DNA from: Vitrella brassicaformis CCMP3155
Lineage: Eukaryota; Protista; Chromerida
Direction: 5' to 3'
DNA length: 64,000 nt
Assembly: GCA_001179505.1 (NCBI GenBank)
Contig: CDMY01000314.1
Location: 61,453-125,452 of the forward strand
Shown one piece after another: positions 62,854 through 64,000 of this stretch (positions are counted from its first letter, which is position 1; each line of letters opens with the position of its first letter). A program made the translations under genes and the position numbers. Below the pieces are notes generated by a model that made no database searches, had not been told where the DNA came from, and worked only from the letters and a program-made list of their open reading frames with translations.

Positions 62854-64000
62854 ATGAGCAACCACTCAGTGCTGACTGAGGGGGAGCTGCTTTCGTTTCG
62901 GACACCGCCGTGCCCAGGCATCAAGGCCGCAGCGGGCGGATGCGCCAACCACGCGGTCAGGGAGCGGTGCCACGACAGTCACAACGGCGAGCCGGTGGGT
63001 GTGTGGGTCCTGATCCTTGCCTGATCCTAGAACACAAAGCGACCCCACACCTGCATGACAGACGCCCTGTTGGACTGTGTGCTGCAGGGGAAGGGGAGCC
63101 TCCATCCCAAGACTGAAGACGCCAATGTGACTGTCGACCAGTGAGCGAGCGCACACACCACCATCCATCCACAGTACAGTCGCTGCAATGATTGCAATGC
63201 CTGCTTGTCCGTCCATCCTTCAGTAACAGTGTCCCTGCCCCTCCATCTGCCCCACAAACACCCCATCCCTCCGACCCCAGCAGCAGCAACATGCCAACAG
63301 GTGCTCACACGGTACCACACGACACAAATGTCGCCCTTCATGCAGGCAGCATTATCCACCCTCGTGTGTGCTGTGCATGTGTGTGTGTGTGCAGCTGTGG
63401 ACCACCCGCCACGGCCACCAAACGACCTTGCTGCCACGGCGGCCGGCCATATCAAGGTAAGGTACGCGGTGCGTGCAGACACACCACTGCCTTGACTGTG
63501 GTGTTTCGTGCAGACGGAGATTGGCCGTCCCTCTGTCGGTGTGCGTCCCCCTGGTCAGTTCTCTGTGGTGAAGTCGCCCGTCGACGTCTTGCCGCGGGCT
63601 GGTCTCACCAACCTGGCACATCAGCAGCTGATGCCGTTGATCAAGCGGGAGGAGGTACGGACTCACAGAGAGAGTGCCATACTTCGCTGATGGGCCCATC
63701 TCTGTTGCAGGCGATGGACGATGGGCCGTCGCCGGCTGGACTGCCGAGCAACCTGCCCACCTCTGGCTCGTCCGGCGCGTCGCATTTTTGTCTCTCTCCT
63801 TCAAGTGAGCCACTCCACCACAAGCACGAGCAGCAGAGAGGGAGGGGAGGAAACGGACGAGTCATCCTTCCTTCTGTGTCTGCGTGTCTGTTCCTAACGC
63901 CTCAGGCATCATCGACGCGCTGCGGGACAACTGGGACAGGTGTGACCTCGACCGCCCCCGATCCACCACTTCCGTCGACCCCTGTGACTTGAGCACGCCA
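62854..64000 (+). CDS. Module-C gene copy 3 (truncated by the window end), divergent from family A copy 2
   Basis: Exons TEIGRPSVGVRPPGQFSVVKSPVDVLPRAGLTNLAHQQLMPLIKREE|AMDDGPSPAGLPSNLPTSGSSGASHFCLSPS|SIIDALRDNWDRCDLDRPRSTTSVDPCDLST match copy 1 exon for exon. The upstream exons differ and the start is tentative. Confidence 0.7.
63491..64000 (+). repeat. Module C, copy 3
   Basis: Homologous to 14566-15080 including introns; 63875-64000 is identical to 19350-19475. Confidence 0.9.

Overview
Eukaryotic, GC-rich, intron-dense DNA (short GT-AG introns full of (GT)n/(CA)n/(CAGA)n repeats) with four 300-N scaffold gaps. Three genes carry bipartite signal-plus-transit plastid leaders, which points to a photosynthetic alveolate, most likely the chromerid Vitrella brassicaformis (inference). 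About 19 protein-coding genes can be reconstructed by hand-splicing. Conserved or housekeeping genes: proteobacterial-type plastid ProRS, a triple-CCCH RNA-binding protein, a SIL1/Fes1-like ER nucleotide-exchange factor, a PEX11-like protein, a VCCN1/bestrophin-like channel, a LOG-family phosphoribohydrolase and a SPIRAL2/TORTIFOLIA1-like protein. Two lineage-specific mosaic families stand out. (1) Family A: two inverted paralogous coiled-coil/RING genes at the window ends (1-5155 + and 55850-62583 -); only the right copy carries a UBA-like plus atypical bromodomain cassette. (2) Module C: a multi-exon block found three times (14566-15286, 19350-19850, 63491-64000), ending in a C2H2 zinc finger in the two copies seen in full, and joined to different flanking exons: tandem Tudor-like domains in one copy, a degenerate peptidoglycan-amidase/PGRP-like domain in another. 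Between two module-C copies lies a Gig2/PARP-like ADP-ribosyltransferase with an intact H-Y-E triad, and a small secreted Cys-rich gene follows. This 13.7-23.7 kb accessory island is the best candidate for an undescribed defence or conflict locus. No tRNA, rRNA, CRISPR array, transposase or reverse transcriptase was recognised. All domain calls are by-eye motif matches and all exon structures are manual inferences.
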